The notes beneath the pieces are model-generated. The model was not told the origin of the DNA. It made no database searches and saw only the letters and a list, made by a program, of their open reading frames with translations. Below are positions 1 to 12,885 of a stretch of DNA of 64,000 bases, one piece after another. The stretch lies in contig CM069145.1 in NCBI GenBank assembly GCA_035221665.1, forward strand, positions 57,040,001 to 57,104,000. The letters are read 5' to 3'. The number at the start of each line of letters is the position of its first letter. Within the stretch, counting starts at the first letter, position 1. This stretch comes from Okamejei kenojei. Taxonomy: Eukaryota. The position numbers and the translations under genes are program-made.

Positions 1-131
1 TGAGTGGCTTAGAGTTATAATCATCTACTGGATACTAAGTTGTCAAAACAACGAAACAACCGTTTCCACTGCAACATTCGATAAATAATGTGGAATATCT
101 GGAGGAGTTTAAGCACAATTTTCAACAGTGG

Positions 132-159
132 AGTTATTGTGCTTATGTGAAATGGTGTG
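132..159 (-). promoter_or_regulatory. 5' recombination signal sequence (12-bp spacer) of IgNAR D segment
   Basis: + strand reads nonamer agttattgt (132-140; consensus ggtttttgt), 12-nt spacer (141-152), heptamer tggtgtg (153-159; reverse complement cacacca, CAC retained). Confidence 0.75.
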
Positions 160-170
160 GGGAACAAATA
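160..170 (+). other. IgNAR: IgNAR diversity (D) segment, J-proximal, gggaacaaata
   Basis: 11 nt flanked by two 12-spacer RSSs, ~380 bp upstream of a 23-RSS J; satisfies the 12/23 rule and the compact cluster layout of cartilaginous fish Ig loci. Confidence 0.8.
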
Positions 171-198
171 CACAGAAGCTCAAGCCATTACAAAAACA
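171..198 (+). promoter_or_regulatory. 3' RSS (12-bp spacer) of D segment
   Basis: Heptamer cacagaa (171-177), spacer gctcaagccatt (12 nt), nonamer acaaaaaca (190-198). Confidence 0.85.
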
Positions 199-512
199 TA
201 TTCAGCAGTGTATTGGTGCCCCATCCGTGAATGGAGTCTTTCTGCTCAGAGATATTGTTGGATATGGTGTCAAGTTAAGTTTTCTTCTTTGCTTCCAATG
301 TACACACATTCCCACTGTTCAATTAGCGGAATTCCGTTTTCCGGACCACACGACATGGCATTGCAACAAATAACGATCAGGGAAAAAGTTAAGATTATAA
401 GGATGAAAACTGAAGGAAACAACGAATGATTTTACCGACCGCAACCCATCAATTAACGTTTTGTAGTTATATCATTTTGGAGAACCTATTGCAACACCTT
501 ATCTTTAATGAC

Positions 513-551
513 AATTTTTGTCCTGGGCTTACGAGGAAGTGAATCATTGTG
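513..551 (-). promoter_or_regulatory. RSS (23-bp spacer) of J segment
   Basis: + strand nonamer aatttttgt (513-521), 23-nt spacer (522-544), heptamer cattgtg (545-551) abutting J. Confidence 0.92.
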
Positions 552-592
552 TGACCACTACGGAGCAGGCACAAAGCTGACTGTGAAACCTG
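552..592 (+). CDS. IgNAR: IgNAR joining (J) segment, DHYGAGTKLTVKP(G)
   Basis: Frame from 553 gives the Y-G-x-G-T-x-L-T-V motif typical of VNAR FR4 (Tyr rather than Trp); phase-1 donor g|gtaagt at 592/593. Confidence 0.95.
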
Positions 593-2194
593 GTAAGTTA
601 CCTTTTTTTGTGATATTTAATACTTTCACTTTGGTATTCCTTTGGTTTATTTTCGCTCAAGCGATAAGAACCATTTAGATTATCGATGAATTGGTGTGAA
701 TTGTGAATTATAGTGTATTTTTGGAATATTGGCTTGATTCTCTGTCAGTTTAGTTCGCTTAAATATCAATATTACATTGCATTCCTCAGCTGGACCAAAG
801 GCTAACTCAACAAAAATGTAATTTTGCAAAACGAAATCTACAAATGTTCCTCGTACAGCACTTGTCGTCCCAACCCCCGATAACGTACCCGATAACAGCT
901 GTTGCAGTATTATTATCAAAATAGGTATTAATATGTTGACATATAGGAGTTTGAATTAACTAACAGGCGCGACCAATATAGATTTATATGCAGGAAACAT
1001 GGCCTCTCAAAGGAGGATTTTGTGTTTGTTATGGTGCGGGTAACATAAAACCTTGAATGGGCATTGAGCGCCAGTGAAGAATTAAGTCAATAGAAATGTA
1101 AACAGCATTTCGTCAACTTCTAGTCAGAGGAATTGCCAAGCAGACCTTCGTTGGGAAAAATGTGTTTACTTTCTGCAATGGGGAAAATAATCTGCTCTTC
1201 AGAAATTAAAAACATGACATAATTTCAATCAGCGCGTTTTAGCTCAGAATAAAGTAGCTGATAATATTCTTTGAAGTTTTCAGTCGCTAATACTAGTGAT
1301 CATGCGGGTGATATTTCAACGTTGATGATCGGAGTGTTCGAGGTTTTTCGTGCTGTGTGAAATAAGTTCTACATACAAACCAAGAAGATGCACTGAATCT
1401 AATAACATGCTCAATGCAGCATTCACAAAACAGGACATAGAAATATCCTGGGTCTATCCCCTCCCACCAAATGTTGATCGGTCAATTCGCAACGTATTAC
1501 AATCGATCATAAGATAAGCTGCATTGCAGTTGACTGGATGACATGTCATTGTTTCTGTGTAGCTCACGGCATCGAATACAAGAAAGCACATCCTATGTGT
1601 AGCAATGTAAAATTTTGAGATTTTAAAAATCAAGTCTGCAATTTATCCCATCAGATAAAGCATAAAACGAAGTTTAATTTGGCACCTATTTCACTTTCAT
1701 ATCTTCAGTATCAAGACAGTTATGGCCATATTTATAATCGGAAATTAGCATCTTGTTCCCCATTGCCTTTCCATTGAATTAACACAAAAGCTGTGATCGA
1801 GGACAGTCAAAAGCCCATAACTTTCTTAAAAATTAAGAGAACTCAATTATTATAGATTGAAGCATTCTGAAACAAATATGAAACAATCTTACTTGGATGA
1901 CCTGAAATTAAAGCATATAATTAGTTAGTTCTCTTATTGTAGCTAATTACAAATTCAATTACTAGATCCAAACATCTATCCATTTCTTAAGAAATGATAA
2001 ACATTATTAAATTGCCTAAGTGTCCAAATAACATTCACACAATAATCCACAATATAACATGATTTTCAAATCTAATTTTCATGAATTTATAGGCCAAATG
2101 GAAGGAATGTAGTATTTAATACCTGTAAATTAATGGCCATTTAAATCAACTTGCGAGTGGGTTTTAGTGGAACGCGGTGGATTGGAACGTTGAG

Positions 2195-2700
2195 GTTTGA
2201 GAGAGAGTACAGAGGAGATTTACTACAATGTTGCCAGGGTTCCAGCAACTATGTTACAGAGAAAGGTTGAACAAGTTAGGTCTTTATTCTTTGGAGCGCA
2301 GAAGGTTAAGCGGGGACTTGATTGAGGTCTTTAAAATGATGAAAGGGATAGACAGAGTTGACGTGGATACGTTTTTCCCATTGAGGGTAGGGAAGATTCA
2401 AACAAGAGGGCATGACATGAGAATTAAGGGACAGAAGTTTAGGGGTAACGTGAGGGGGAACTTCTTTACTCAGAGGGTGGTGGCTGTGTGGAATGAGCTT
2501 CCAGCGGAAGTGGTGGAGGCAGGATCGATTTTAACATTTAAAAGTAAAGTGGATAGGTATATGGACGTGAAGGGAATGGAGGGGTATAGTCTGAGTGCAG
2601 GTAGATGGGACATGGGGAAAACAAATGGTCGGCACGGACTGGAAGGGCCGAGAGGGCCTGTTTCCGTGCTGTAATTGGTATATGGTTATATGGTTATATG
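2195..2700 (+). mobile_element. CR1 LINE 3' fragment inserted in the Helitron-like element
   Basis: ORF 2228-2674 has CR1 ORF2 C-terminal motifs (YRERLNKLGLYSLERRRL.GDLIEVFK, FFTQRVV..WN.LP); (tatggtta)n tail; near-identical to 15210-15705. Confidence 0.92.
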
Positions 2701-3129
2701 GTTTCCGGTGAATTTAACCCACAGTCGGCCGGGAAAATACAGCCGGTTCAAACATTTTTTTTGTCCCCTTTTCGCAACATGAAAATTTGATTAAATGCTT
2801 CCTAAGAACCACGTTTTTATGTAAAAATAAACTGTGTACCTTCTTTTATCGCCTACGTTAGGTCCGTTCTGCTGTCAGCGTTCAGAGCTTTAGAAGATGA
2901 TTTTTAAACTACTCTAGTTAATAAATAATCTAGCGTAGTTTAAAAATAGCTTCATGAATGAAATGTCGGAGCGATTTCTCTTTAGCGACGAAATCGCCCG
3001 ACATGGATCGATTTGGACTGTCTGGGGAAAAACGGCATTTTAAACCCGTCCCCCTCTGAAAGGCGCCAAAGTCGCGCACACGGGGAGCGGCAGAATTGCA
3101 GCACCGCTCGAGGTAGGTATCGTGACATA

Positions 3130-3132
<3 letters not shown>

Positions 3133-3178
<46 letters not shown>

Positions 3179-3208
3179 TGCGTGTGTTTGTGTGTTTGTG
3201 TGTGTGTG
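3133..3208. repeat. (TG)n/(TGCG)n alternating purine-pyrimidine microsatellite
   Basis: Directly visible. Confidence 0.97.
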
Positions 3209-3259
3209 TATAAAGCAATATTTTCATTTTTACAATGTGCTTTCCTGTATTTGATTCCT

Positions 3260-4756
3260 GTTCTCTCTCTCCACTTTTCGCTGCCCACTCACTCGCCCGG
3301 CTCCCCTCCACCTCGCCCCTCCTCTTCCCACCCTCCTCCCCTCCCTCCTTCTCTCCCCTAATCTCTACCCACCCTCTCTCTCACCCCTCTCCCCACCACC
3401 CCTCCACTCTCCCCATCCCCTCCCCTCCCCTTTTCCCCTCCAACTCTACTCCCTTTCTCACCCTCTCCTCTACATTACTCTCGCTCTCCCTCCCCCCTCT
3501 GCCCCCCCATATACCACCCTCCATTCCCCTACCCCCTTCACCACTCCCTCTTCTTATCCCCCTCTCTTCCTCTCCCCCCTCCTCCTAACCCTCTTCCCTC
3601 CACCTCTACCCCCCACCTCTACACCCGTCTCTCCCCTCCTCTCTCTCCTTCTCCATCTCCCCCAATCTGTCCCCCCCCTACCCCTCCTCTCCACTCCCCC
3701 TACCCCCTCCACCTCTCCCCCTTCCTCTTCGTCGCCCTCCTCCCCTCCCGCAGCTCCCCCTCTCCCACTTCCTCCCCCTCTCTCCCCTTTCTCTCCCTCC
3801 TCCCCTTCTGCTCCCCCCGAGCCCCACACTCCCCTCCCCCTCCTCCCCCCCCCACTCCCCTCCCCTGCCCTCTTCCCTCCCCCTCCCCTCTCCCTTCCCC
3901 TACTCTCCCCACTCCCCCCATTCCCCCTCTCTCCCCCCCTTCCTGCCCCTCTTTCCCCTCCTCTCTCTCTCCCCCTCCCCCCCTGCCCCTTCCCTCCACC
4001 TCCCCCTCTCCCCCTCTCCCCTCCCCCTCCCCCTCCCTCCACCCCCCTCTCCCCCCACTCCCCCACTCCCCATTCTCCCCCTCTCGCTCCCCCTATCTTC
4101 CCCCTCCTCTCTCTCACCCTCCCGCCTCTGCCCCCTCCAGACCCCATCTCCCCCCAACTCCCCCCACTCCCTCCACTTCACCTCTCTCCCCCCCATTCCT
4201 CGCTCTCCTCCACCCCCTCCCACCCCTCCAGCCCCACTCACTTCCCCGCCACCTCCCTCCCCCCTCCCTTTGCCTCCCCACTCCCCCTCTCCCCCTCCTC
4301 ACTCAACCCCCCTACCCCTCTGCCCTCCCTTCACTTTAGCCATTTCCCCTCCCCTCTCCACCTCCATCTCCCCTCCCCTTCTCTACCCGCTACCCTCCCC
4401 CACTCCCCCCTCTCTCCCCCTCCTCTCTCTCCCCACCCCTCTCTCTCTCCCCCCTCTGCCCCACCCTGCCCCTCCTCCCTCTGCCCCCACATCTCCCCCC
4501 TCTCCCCCCATCCCCCTCCACCTCCCTTCCCCCCTCCACCTCACTTCCCCCCCTCCTCCCGCTCCCCCACTCCCCAATCTCACCCCCACCTCTCCTTCCC
4601 CCCTCTCTCCTCCTCCTCTCTCTTCCCCCACTCCCCCTCACCCAATCCCCTCCCCCACTACCCTCCGCACTCCCCCCCCACTCCCCTCCGCTACTACCCT
4701 CCCACACACCCTTCCCCCCCCTCTCCCTTGCCCCCTCTCCCCCCCCCCTCCCCCCT
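3260..4756. repeat. ~1.5-kb C/T-rich low-complexity polypyrimidine tract
   Basis: Almost only C and T runs on the + strand; source of the Pro- and Gly-rich spurious ORFs. Confidence 0.97.
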
Positions 4757-5304
4757 GTGTGCGGGGGATGGTTAGTGTGTGTGCGACGCCGGAGCCCCCC
4801 CCCCGCAGGGGATGGGACCCAACGGGTCCCCCTTGGTCTAGTATATATATAAAACTCGTGATATCGAAGGGGAATGTTAAACTGTATTTTGCAATACAAA
4901 GATTGCTGAATAACGGGGTCTAATACAGAGATGGAATACGTTTAGCTTTTAGCTTTATTATTATTATCGTGTAGCTAGGTACAGTGAAATACTTTTGTTT
5001 GAATGCTATCCAATCCAATCATATAACGCCAGACATAAATACAATCAAGGCAACTCAAGTACAATGGGTAGAGCGAAGGGAATGGCACAAACTGCAGAAT
5101 GTAGTTCGCAGCATGGTAGCGTAACAATTCCAGAGAAATAATCATGAGAAAAATATGTAACAAAAATACACCAATATTACTTTTTACATTAGCTGAAATT
5201 TAAAAAATACAGAGCAATCCTCCCCAAAACACTGAAAAATTATGTCATTTTCTGACGCTATCATGACACCCTCGAATGCGGGGTAAAACAACGTAATTAT
5301 CGCA

Positions 5305-5602
5305 TTTAGTTTCTAGTTTAGAGATACAGCGCGGAAACAGGCCTTTCGGCCCAACGCACCGACCGGCGATCCCCGCACATCCTACATACGTTAGGGACAA
5401 TTTGCACTTAAACCAAGCAAATTATTCTTCAAACCTGTCCGTCTCTTGAGTGTAGGAGGAAACCGAAGATCTGGGAGAAAGCCCACATGGTCACGGGGAG
5501 AACGTACAAACTCCGTACAAAGAGCACCCAAAGTCGGATCGAACCGGGTCTCTGGCGCTGCAAGCCCTGTAAGGCTGCAGCTCTACCGCTGTGCCACCGT
5601 AC
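5305..5602 (-). mobile_element. tRNA-derived SINE (V-SINE/HE1-like)
   Basis: Minus strand has A-box ggtggcacagcggtag, B-box ggttcgatcc, core ttcggtttcctcc and an (aaact)n-like tail. Confidence 0.85.
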
Positions 5603-5994
5603 GCCTTCATCCATGTAAATAATTTGATCTAAACACAAAGTGATGGAAGAACTCATCGAGTGAGGAAACATCCGTGGAGTGAATGAACAGACAGTGTTTC
5701 GGGTAGGGCCGCTTTTTCTGAGTCCAAAGAACACTCCGGGGAAGGGTCTCCATCCGAAATGTCCTCCGTCCATTCCTTTCACAGAGGCTGCGAGTTCCTC
5801 CAGTACTTTGCGTTTCGCCGAAGATTCCACTTGAGGGTTCTGGTGTCCCCAAATAAATTGACCACATACATACTTGTATGCGTCCTTCTTTATGTTTAAA
5901 CGCTTATAAAATGACTTTTCCTGTATTGTTACTCTCGAAATTCAACATTTTTCCTTTGAATCACTTTTTTTGGAAACGTGAATGAATTAGTTTC

Positions 5995-6146
5995 AATAGA
6001 CAATAGACAACAGACAATAGGTGCAGGAGTAGGCCATTCGGCGCTTCGAGACACCACCGCCATTCAATGTGATCATGGCTGATCATCTACAATCAGTACC
6101 CCGTTCCTGCGTTCTTCCCATATCCCCTGACTCCGCTATCTCCGCT
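5995..6146 (-). mobile_element. CR1 3' UTR/tail fragment
   Basis: (caataga)n tail plus ggtgcaggagtaggccattcgg, the reverse complement of the CR1 3' end seen at 12540-12590. Confidence 0.8.
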
Positions 6147-8130
6147 TTCAACATTAAAATCGAAAGCAAAAATCTAAATTGAAATTAGAAGCACGTGATC
6201 TTAAGTGCAATTAATCGATAGAACATGGCCCATGATTGCAGTGGGGATGTAAAATCTAACAATGTTTCCTCTCCAAGAATACATTAAAGCAGTTTCCTTC
6301 CCTGATACCACCGCCGTTAGCTCCCCATCCCTACTTTGAACGTGTCAGGCGGCATCTCTTGGACATGGATGGACGACGTTTAGGGTTGGTACCCTTCCTC
6401 AGACACATTTAATTGCTCAGTCTGAAGAAGGGTCCCGGCCAGAAACATCGCCTATCGATGTCCTCCGGAAATGCTGTCTTTCTCTCTGAGTTAATCCACC
6501 ACTCTGTAATTTTTAAAAATAAGGAGTACGAATATGTAATTCCTCCCTTATATCTACCCCGTCATTTACCTGTATGTCTAATCGAATTATAATTCTAAAC
6601 TCTGCTCGACTCTCTGATTTACGTGCAGTAATCGTTTAGCACTTTACTCAGAAAGGGTTTATCTGCGCCTGCTTTATCAATATGCAAAGGGTCTGCTTCT
6701 ACTCTTCGAGGAAGAGGGATACAAAGATGTGAAAAACTAAGGGAGAGGAAGAACAAAATCCTTCCCTCCTCTCGGCCTTAAATGGGCGTCCCGTTATTTA
6801 TAAGCAGTTCTCTCAAGTTACAGATTTCTCCCACTAGCAGAGTGCCCTCTCCACGTCTACCGCATCACCACCTCTCAAGGTCTTAAAAGTTATCAGGTCG
6901 GTTCTCACCCTTCTAAACGACGTCGGGTACAAGTCTAGACTGCCCAAACTGTTCTCACCACGATGTTACCGGGGCACCTCAGGTTACCTGGGGGCCTGAG
7001 GAATAGGGAAATATAGGACAGGCTTGGACTTTATTCCTTGGAGCATAGAAGGCTTATCTTACATAAGGAAAATAGATAGGGTGAATGCACAGAGTCATGT
7101 GCATTTACGTGGGGTAGGTGAATCAATAACAAGGACATAGGTTTAATTTGATAGCGGCAAGATTTAACAGGAACCTGAAGGGCATTCGTTTCAAAGAGCA
7201 TGGCGATTCAATGGACCGAGCTTCCAGAGATGGTAGTTCAGGCAGGTAATTTCACAGCATTCAAATGCCACTTTCACAGGGACACAAATTGGAAAGGGTT
7301 AGAGGAATATTGGCCAAACAAGGGCAAATGGGACTTGATTCATAGGACCATCTTGGTCGGCATGAACGAGTTGGGCCGAACAGCTGTTTCTGTGCGATAT
7401 AACAATGCTTCTTTCACAAGGCAGCCCGTCCATTCCAGCTATGAGACTAATCAAAGATTATCGGTACTGCTCCAAATTAATTAATCTCTGCAAGATGTAA
7501 CTCGTGAGGTTGCGTTTTACTGTTCTTGTTTAGGGTGCTCCGTTTTGAAGTGACATATTCCCCATCTGTGATTTAGTAACAAGAACAGTACAGTCATAAA
7601 CGGTCCTCGTTGTATTTGCTTATGTTTTGTACATAACTGAAGTGTGACCTGCCCATTTCTGTTCATTTGCAATAAACGGTAACATTATGATAGCTTTCTC
7701 TGGCCTTTTACAGCTCGGGTTCGAACCTCACCTCGGACGCTGTTTGTGTAAAGATTGCACGGTCTCCCTGTGACCGAGTAGGTTTTCCCCGGGTCCTCCA
7801 GTTCCTTCCTATAGCTCGCAGGTTAATTGGTAACTGTAATTACGCCCTTGTGCTTACATGAGCGGTAAAATCTGAGGGGAGTTGATGGGAACGCAGGGAG
7901 AATAAACGAAATGGATTAGAGTAGAATAAATGTAAATGACTGATTGATTGTTAACACAGTTTCTAAGCTGTGTCTCTCCACATATATCCTCGGTGTCTTC
8001 GCCCAGCTGAAGCCTCAGCATCTATCCTTATTGCTGATCATCCTTGCCGCCAACGCACCAGAAACTATGAAAGGATCTATGCCTAATTTCTACTTCGCGC
8101 GAGCAAGCCATTCTTTCATCTACATTAATA

Positions 8131-8625
8131 TAGAAACACAGAAACATACAAAATAGGTGCAAGAGTAGGCCATTCGGCCCTTCGAGCCAGCACCACCATT
8201 CAATCTAATCATGGCTGATCATCCAGAATCAGTACCCTGTTCTTGCTTTCTCCTCATATCTTTTGATTCCGTTAACCCTCGGAGCTATACCTAAATCTCC
8301 CTTGACGACATGCAGTAAATTAGACTCCATTGCCTTTTGTGGCACAGAATTCCACAGATTCACAACTCTCTGGCTTCTTCTTCTTGCGTATGGCGTGCAC
8401 AGCGTAAAGTTGTAGGTCAACTTGTTCTATTTCATCGTGTTTGTGAGCGTTGAGTTGATTGCATTAGTCGAAACAGGGCGGACCACGTGAAGGTTGCAAT
8501 CTCCCTCCCCCAACTCTCTGGCTGAAAACGTATTTACTCAACTCAGTCCTAAATAGCCTATCCCTTATTCTTAAACTGTGACCGCTGGTTCTGGATTCCC
8601 CCAACATGGGGAACATTTTTCCTGT
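8131..8625 (-). mobile_element. CR1 3' fragment with small internal insertion
   Basis: Tail-side motif plus QRVVNLWNS coding remnant (ORF 8229-8420). Confidence 0.8.
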
Positions 8626-10373
8626 AATATGTTGGAGCATGAGCTTTTATTTTCCACAGTAATCTTTACTGCACCATGGGTCAAATGCCTTCTGGAAGTT
8701 CAGGTAGTGAAAATGCATGTGTGACAGCTTCTTGGTGTTGCTTTACAGACGATTTGTTCACTTATATAATTAATAGCTGAGTAGCTAAAACAATGGCCAT
8801 CGTGATTCAGGTATCTGAAAATAACTACGCGAAAACGATTCCTCCATTCTAAAAAACCCTATTGCATATTTCTCATATAGAATAAATTTTCAACACCTGT
8901 TTAAACATTGTCCACAGATTTTTCACTTCAGCAGCAATGTCTCGAAACCTGAACAAACTACATTCCAATACCGCGTGTGTTTGTAGATTAATTGGCCATA
9001 ATGTGCAAAAAAATGATGAAAAAAATGGGATAACATCGGACTAGCGTGAACGGGTGGTCGATGGCCTCGGACTCCGTGAGCCGAAATGTCTCATTCCACG
9101 CTGCATCTTTAAAAAAAATTAAGGAAAGTGCCTCACTGATTCTTTGTTCACCACGCCTTCATATAACTCAAATAAATTGGTCAAAGTGATTCGTTTTCAC
9201 CAAATCATGCTGATTACCTTGATTTTTTCTGAGCCCGTCAATAACATCTTTCACAATAGCTCTTAACATTTTCACTGTAACAGACGCTTAACTAAGTAGC
9301 AAACTTCCCTTTTTATTATCTACGTCGCTTTTTGAAAACATGAGCCAATCTTGGTCATTTTCTATCTAATTGAACTTCCTCAGAATCAAGTGAGATTTGG
9401 AAAATTAAACCCAACACATATTTCCTACAGTTTTTAATGTTCGTTCATGTTAGGTGAACATACGTGCTCATTTGGATATTAATCAGACATCACTACTTGC
9501 TTGTGAATGGCGGAAGCAATTAAAAGACAATTAATTGGCGACTCTGTTGCCAAATGGAAGGCAGAGGAGAAAAGATGGCGGAAATACATCTTTCCTTGAA
9601 GGATATTATTGAACAGGATATGTTTTCTTAGCAAAAATCGTTTGTTCTAGTTAGAGGACGTATTTTTAAAAGAAGGTAATTTAGGTTGTTGAATTTAAAT
9701 TGGTATGTTGAGAATCGAATCAATGAGGCCACATCAATCGTCTTGGACCACAGCTGCTGGTCCAGCCAAATAACGCCAACTTCAACATACCCAGGTTCAC
9801 TCTAATTAGTCCCTCACAATACTCGAAACTATCCATTCAGGGTGGAAATACCGCCTCAACCCGAAGGAATCCACGCAGCCTCGTTTGTTATAAATAATAA
9901 TTTTGAATTCTGGTAACATACTCGCACATCTCATCTGTTTCCCGCCTCACACAGTCCATACAGTTATGTGTACAGGCTGAATAATGTTGAAATCATCTTA
10001 GTATACTTGAAGGTATGGTGTTTGCACTTCGCAACGATTTCACAAAGAGAAAATGATGTTGGAATAGTTCACTGTTCGTCCTTCTCAGAAGCGGGTAGTG
10101 GGAGGTACGATAATGCAGCTGGAAGAGCCGTTTCAGGGTCCCGGATTCCATGTTAACTCACGGTGCTCTCTACGTGGAGTTTGCATATGCTTTCTGTGAT
10201 TGCCTGAGTTAGCTCAAAATGTTCCCCTTTGTGCACTGTGAATTGTCCATCGTGGCAGAATGCAGGGATAGTGGGAACGGGGAGTTGATGTGAATGTAGG
10301 GAGAAGTAAAACGGTTTCGTGTGAAATATCTCCATGGCCAAGGTCACGGCCTTGATTAGCTAAGCACATTTAT

Positions 10374-10683
10374 CACGGTGGCAGTCAACGTGGCGCAGCC
10401 GTAGAGTTGCTGCCTTACAGCGAATGCAGCGCCGGAGACCCGGGTTCGATCCCGATTACGGTTGATGTCTGTATGGAGTTTGTACGTTCTCCCTGTCACC
10501 TGCGCGGGTTTTCTCCTAGATCTTCGGTTTCCTCCCACATTCCAAAGGCGTACAGGTTTGTAATTGCATTGGCTTGGTAAATGTAAAAATTGTCCCTGGT
10601 GGGTGTAGGATAGTGTTAATGTGCTCGTCGGCGCGGACCCGGTGGGCCGATGGCCTGTTTCCGTGCTGTATCTCTAAACTAAG
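10374..10683 (+). mobile_element. tRNA-derived SINE (V-SINE/HE1-like)
   Basis: tggcgcagccgtagag A-box, gggttcgatccc B-box, core cttcggtttcctcccaca, 3' gggccgatggcctgtttccgtgctgtatctctaaact. Confidence 0.85.
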
Positions 10684-10996
10684 CAGTCACACTGCGACAT
10701 CGTCATGTTTCCTCCCAGATTCAGTACACCACAGCCACCGTCAAATTACAAGTGCAGTAAGACAAAATAAATAAACATGCAGAGATCGCAACATACATTT
10801 GGCCCATCCGAGGAATAACCGAGTTTTCGATTGTGCAGACAATAAAAATATTGTGTGTTTGGAATCTGGGAAAATGCCCGCTTCTCACACGCATTTCGGT
10901 TTCAAGAGGGTGTACATACATCAGTTTTTACTGTGAGTTAATCGTATTTTCTCGATAGTACTTTAGGTGAATTTTCACAGAAATTATAACACAATT

Positions 10997-12590
10997 AAAT
11001 GGCAATAAAGGCCGATAAATCCCCAGGGCCAGATAGGCTGCATCCCAGAGTACTCAATGAAGTAGCCACATAAATAGTGGATGCATTAGTGATAATTTTT
11101 CAAAACTCTTTAGATTCTGGAGTAGATCCTGAAGATTGGAGGTTAGCTAATGTAACCCCACTTTTTAAAAAGGGAGGGAGAGAAAAAACGGGGAATTACA
11201 GATCAGTTAGTCTAACATCGATAGTGTGGAAAATGCTAGAGTCAGTTATTAAAGATGGGATAGCAGCACATTTGGAAAGCGGTGAAATCATTGGATAAAG
11301 TCATCATGGATTTATGAAAGGTAAATCATGTCTGACGAATCTTATAGAATTTTTCGAGGATGTAACTAGTAGAGTGGATAAGGGAGAACCTGTGGATGTG
11401 TTATATCTGTACTTTCAGAAGACTTTCGACAAGGTCCCACATAAGAGATTAGCATACAAACTTAAAGCACACGGTATTGGGGATTCAGTATTGATGTGGA
11501 TAGAGAACTGGTTGGCAGACAGGAAGCAAAGAGTAGGAATAAACGGGTCATTTTCAGAATGGTAGGCAGTGACTAGTGGGGTACCGCAAAGCTCAGTGCT
11601 GGGACCCCAGCTATTTACAATATATATTAATGATCTGGATGAGGGAATTGAATGCAACATCTCCAAGTTTGCGGATGACACGAAGCAGGGGGGCAGTGTT
11701 AGCTGTGAGGAGGATGCTAGGAGGCTGCAAGGTGACTTGGATAGGTTGGGCGAGTGGGCAAATGCATGGCAGATGCAGTATAATGAGGATAAATGTGAGG
11801 TTATCCACTTTGGCGGCAAAAACAGGAGGGTAGACTATTATCTGAATGGTGGCCGATTAGGAAAAGGGGAGATGCAACGAGACCTGGGTGTCATGGTACA
11901 CCTGTCATTGAAAGTAGGCATGCAGGTGCAGCAGGCTGTGAAGAAAGCGAATGGTATGTTGGCATTCATAGCAAAAGGATTTGAGTACAAGAGCAGGGAG
12001 GTTCAACTGCAATTGTACAGGGTCTTGGTGAGGCCACACCTGGAGTATTGCGTACAGTTTTGGTCTCCTAATCTGAGGAAAGACATTCTTGCCATTGAGG
12101 GGGTACAGAGAAGGTTCACCAGACTGAATCCTGGGATGGCAGAACTTCCATATGAAGAAAGACTGGATAGACTCGGCTTGTACTCGCTGGAATTTAGGAG
12201 ATTGTAGGGGGATCCTATAGAGACTTACACAATTCTTAAGCGGTTGGACAGGCTAGATGCAGGAAGATTGCTCCCGATGTTGGGGAACTCCAGAACAAGG
12301 GGTCACAGTTTAAGGATACGTGGAAGTCTTTTAGGACCGAGATGAGAAGATTTTTTTTTCACACAGAGAGTGGTGAGTCTGTGGAATTCTCTGCCACAGT
12401 AGGTAGTTGAGGCCAGTTCATTGGCTATATTTAAGAGGGAGTTAGATGTGGCCCTTGTGGCTAAAGGGTCAGGGGGTATGGAGAAAAGGCAGGTACAGGA
12501 TACTGAGTTGGGTGATCAGCCATGATCATATTGAATGGCGGTGCAGGCCCGAAGGGCCGAATGGCCTACTACTGCACCTATTTTCTATGA
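10997..12590 (+). mobile_element. 5'-truncated, decayed CR1 LINE (RT domain to 3' tail)
   Basis: ORF pieces 11077-12207 carry [44 protein letters not shown] with in-frame stops. Confidence 0.95.
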
Positions 12591-12885
12591 ATCTATAAAC
12601 TGCAGGCAATAATTTCGATATACTAAATGATACGCCTAAATTTCGTCTCACCCCTCTCTTAGAGCCAACCTGCCTTACAGCCTTAACTGAGTTATTGATA
12701 TGTCGCCATAGTTTTCATGGGGGACACATTTTCGATATTTAATGCCCAGCAGAAAGTCACAAAAAAAAACAGAGACTGGTTTAATCATACGAATTGCGAG
12801 TTGGCTGAGGGTGAATATCGAGCAAGGCAAGGTAGAAAATAGCTGAGCATAGCTGTAGAATTAAATTTAATGCTGTTAATTTCAG

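Larger units (their letters stand above)
1591..4841 (+). mobile_element. Probable non-autonomous Helitron-like element in the J-C1 intron
   Basis: 3' end has hairpin gggaccc-aac-gggtccc (4814-4830), 7 nt, CTAG (4838-4841), then T. Candidate 5' TC at 1591 follows an A, matching A|TC...CTAG|T insertion without TSD. The 5' boundary is tentative. Confidence 0.5.

Noticed and set aside
1-130. Possible additional D or V RSS
   Set aside because: Nonamer-like tcaaaacaa has no CAC heptamer at 12 or 22/23 spacing.
3013-4923. Long Pro-, Gly/Arg- and Cys/Val-rich ORFs on both strands
   Set aside because: By-products of the microsatellite and C/T tract, which lack stop codons; no domain or splice evidence.
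10374-10455. tRNA-like A/B boxes (also ~5550, ~22500, ~36010)
   Set aside because: Heads of SINEs continuing into the SINE core and tail; no cloverleaf.
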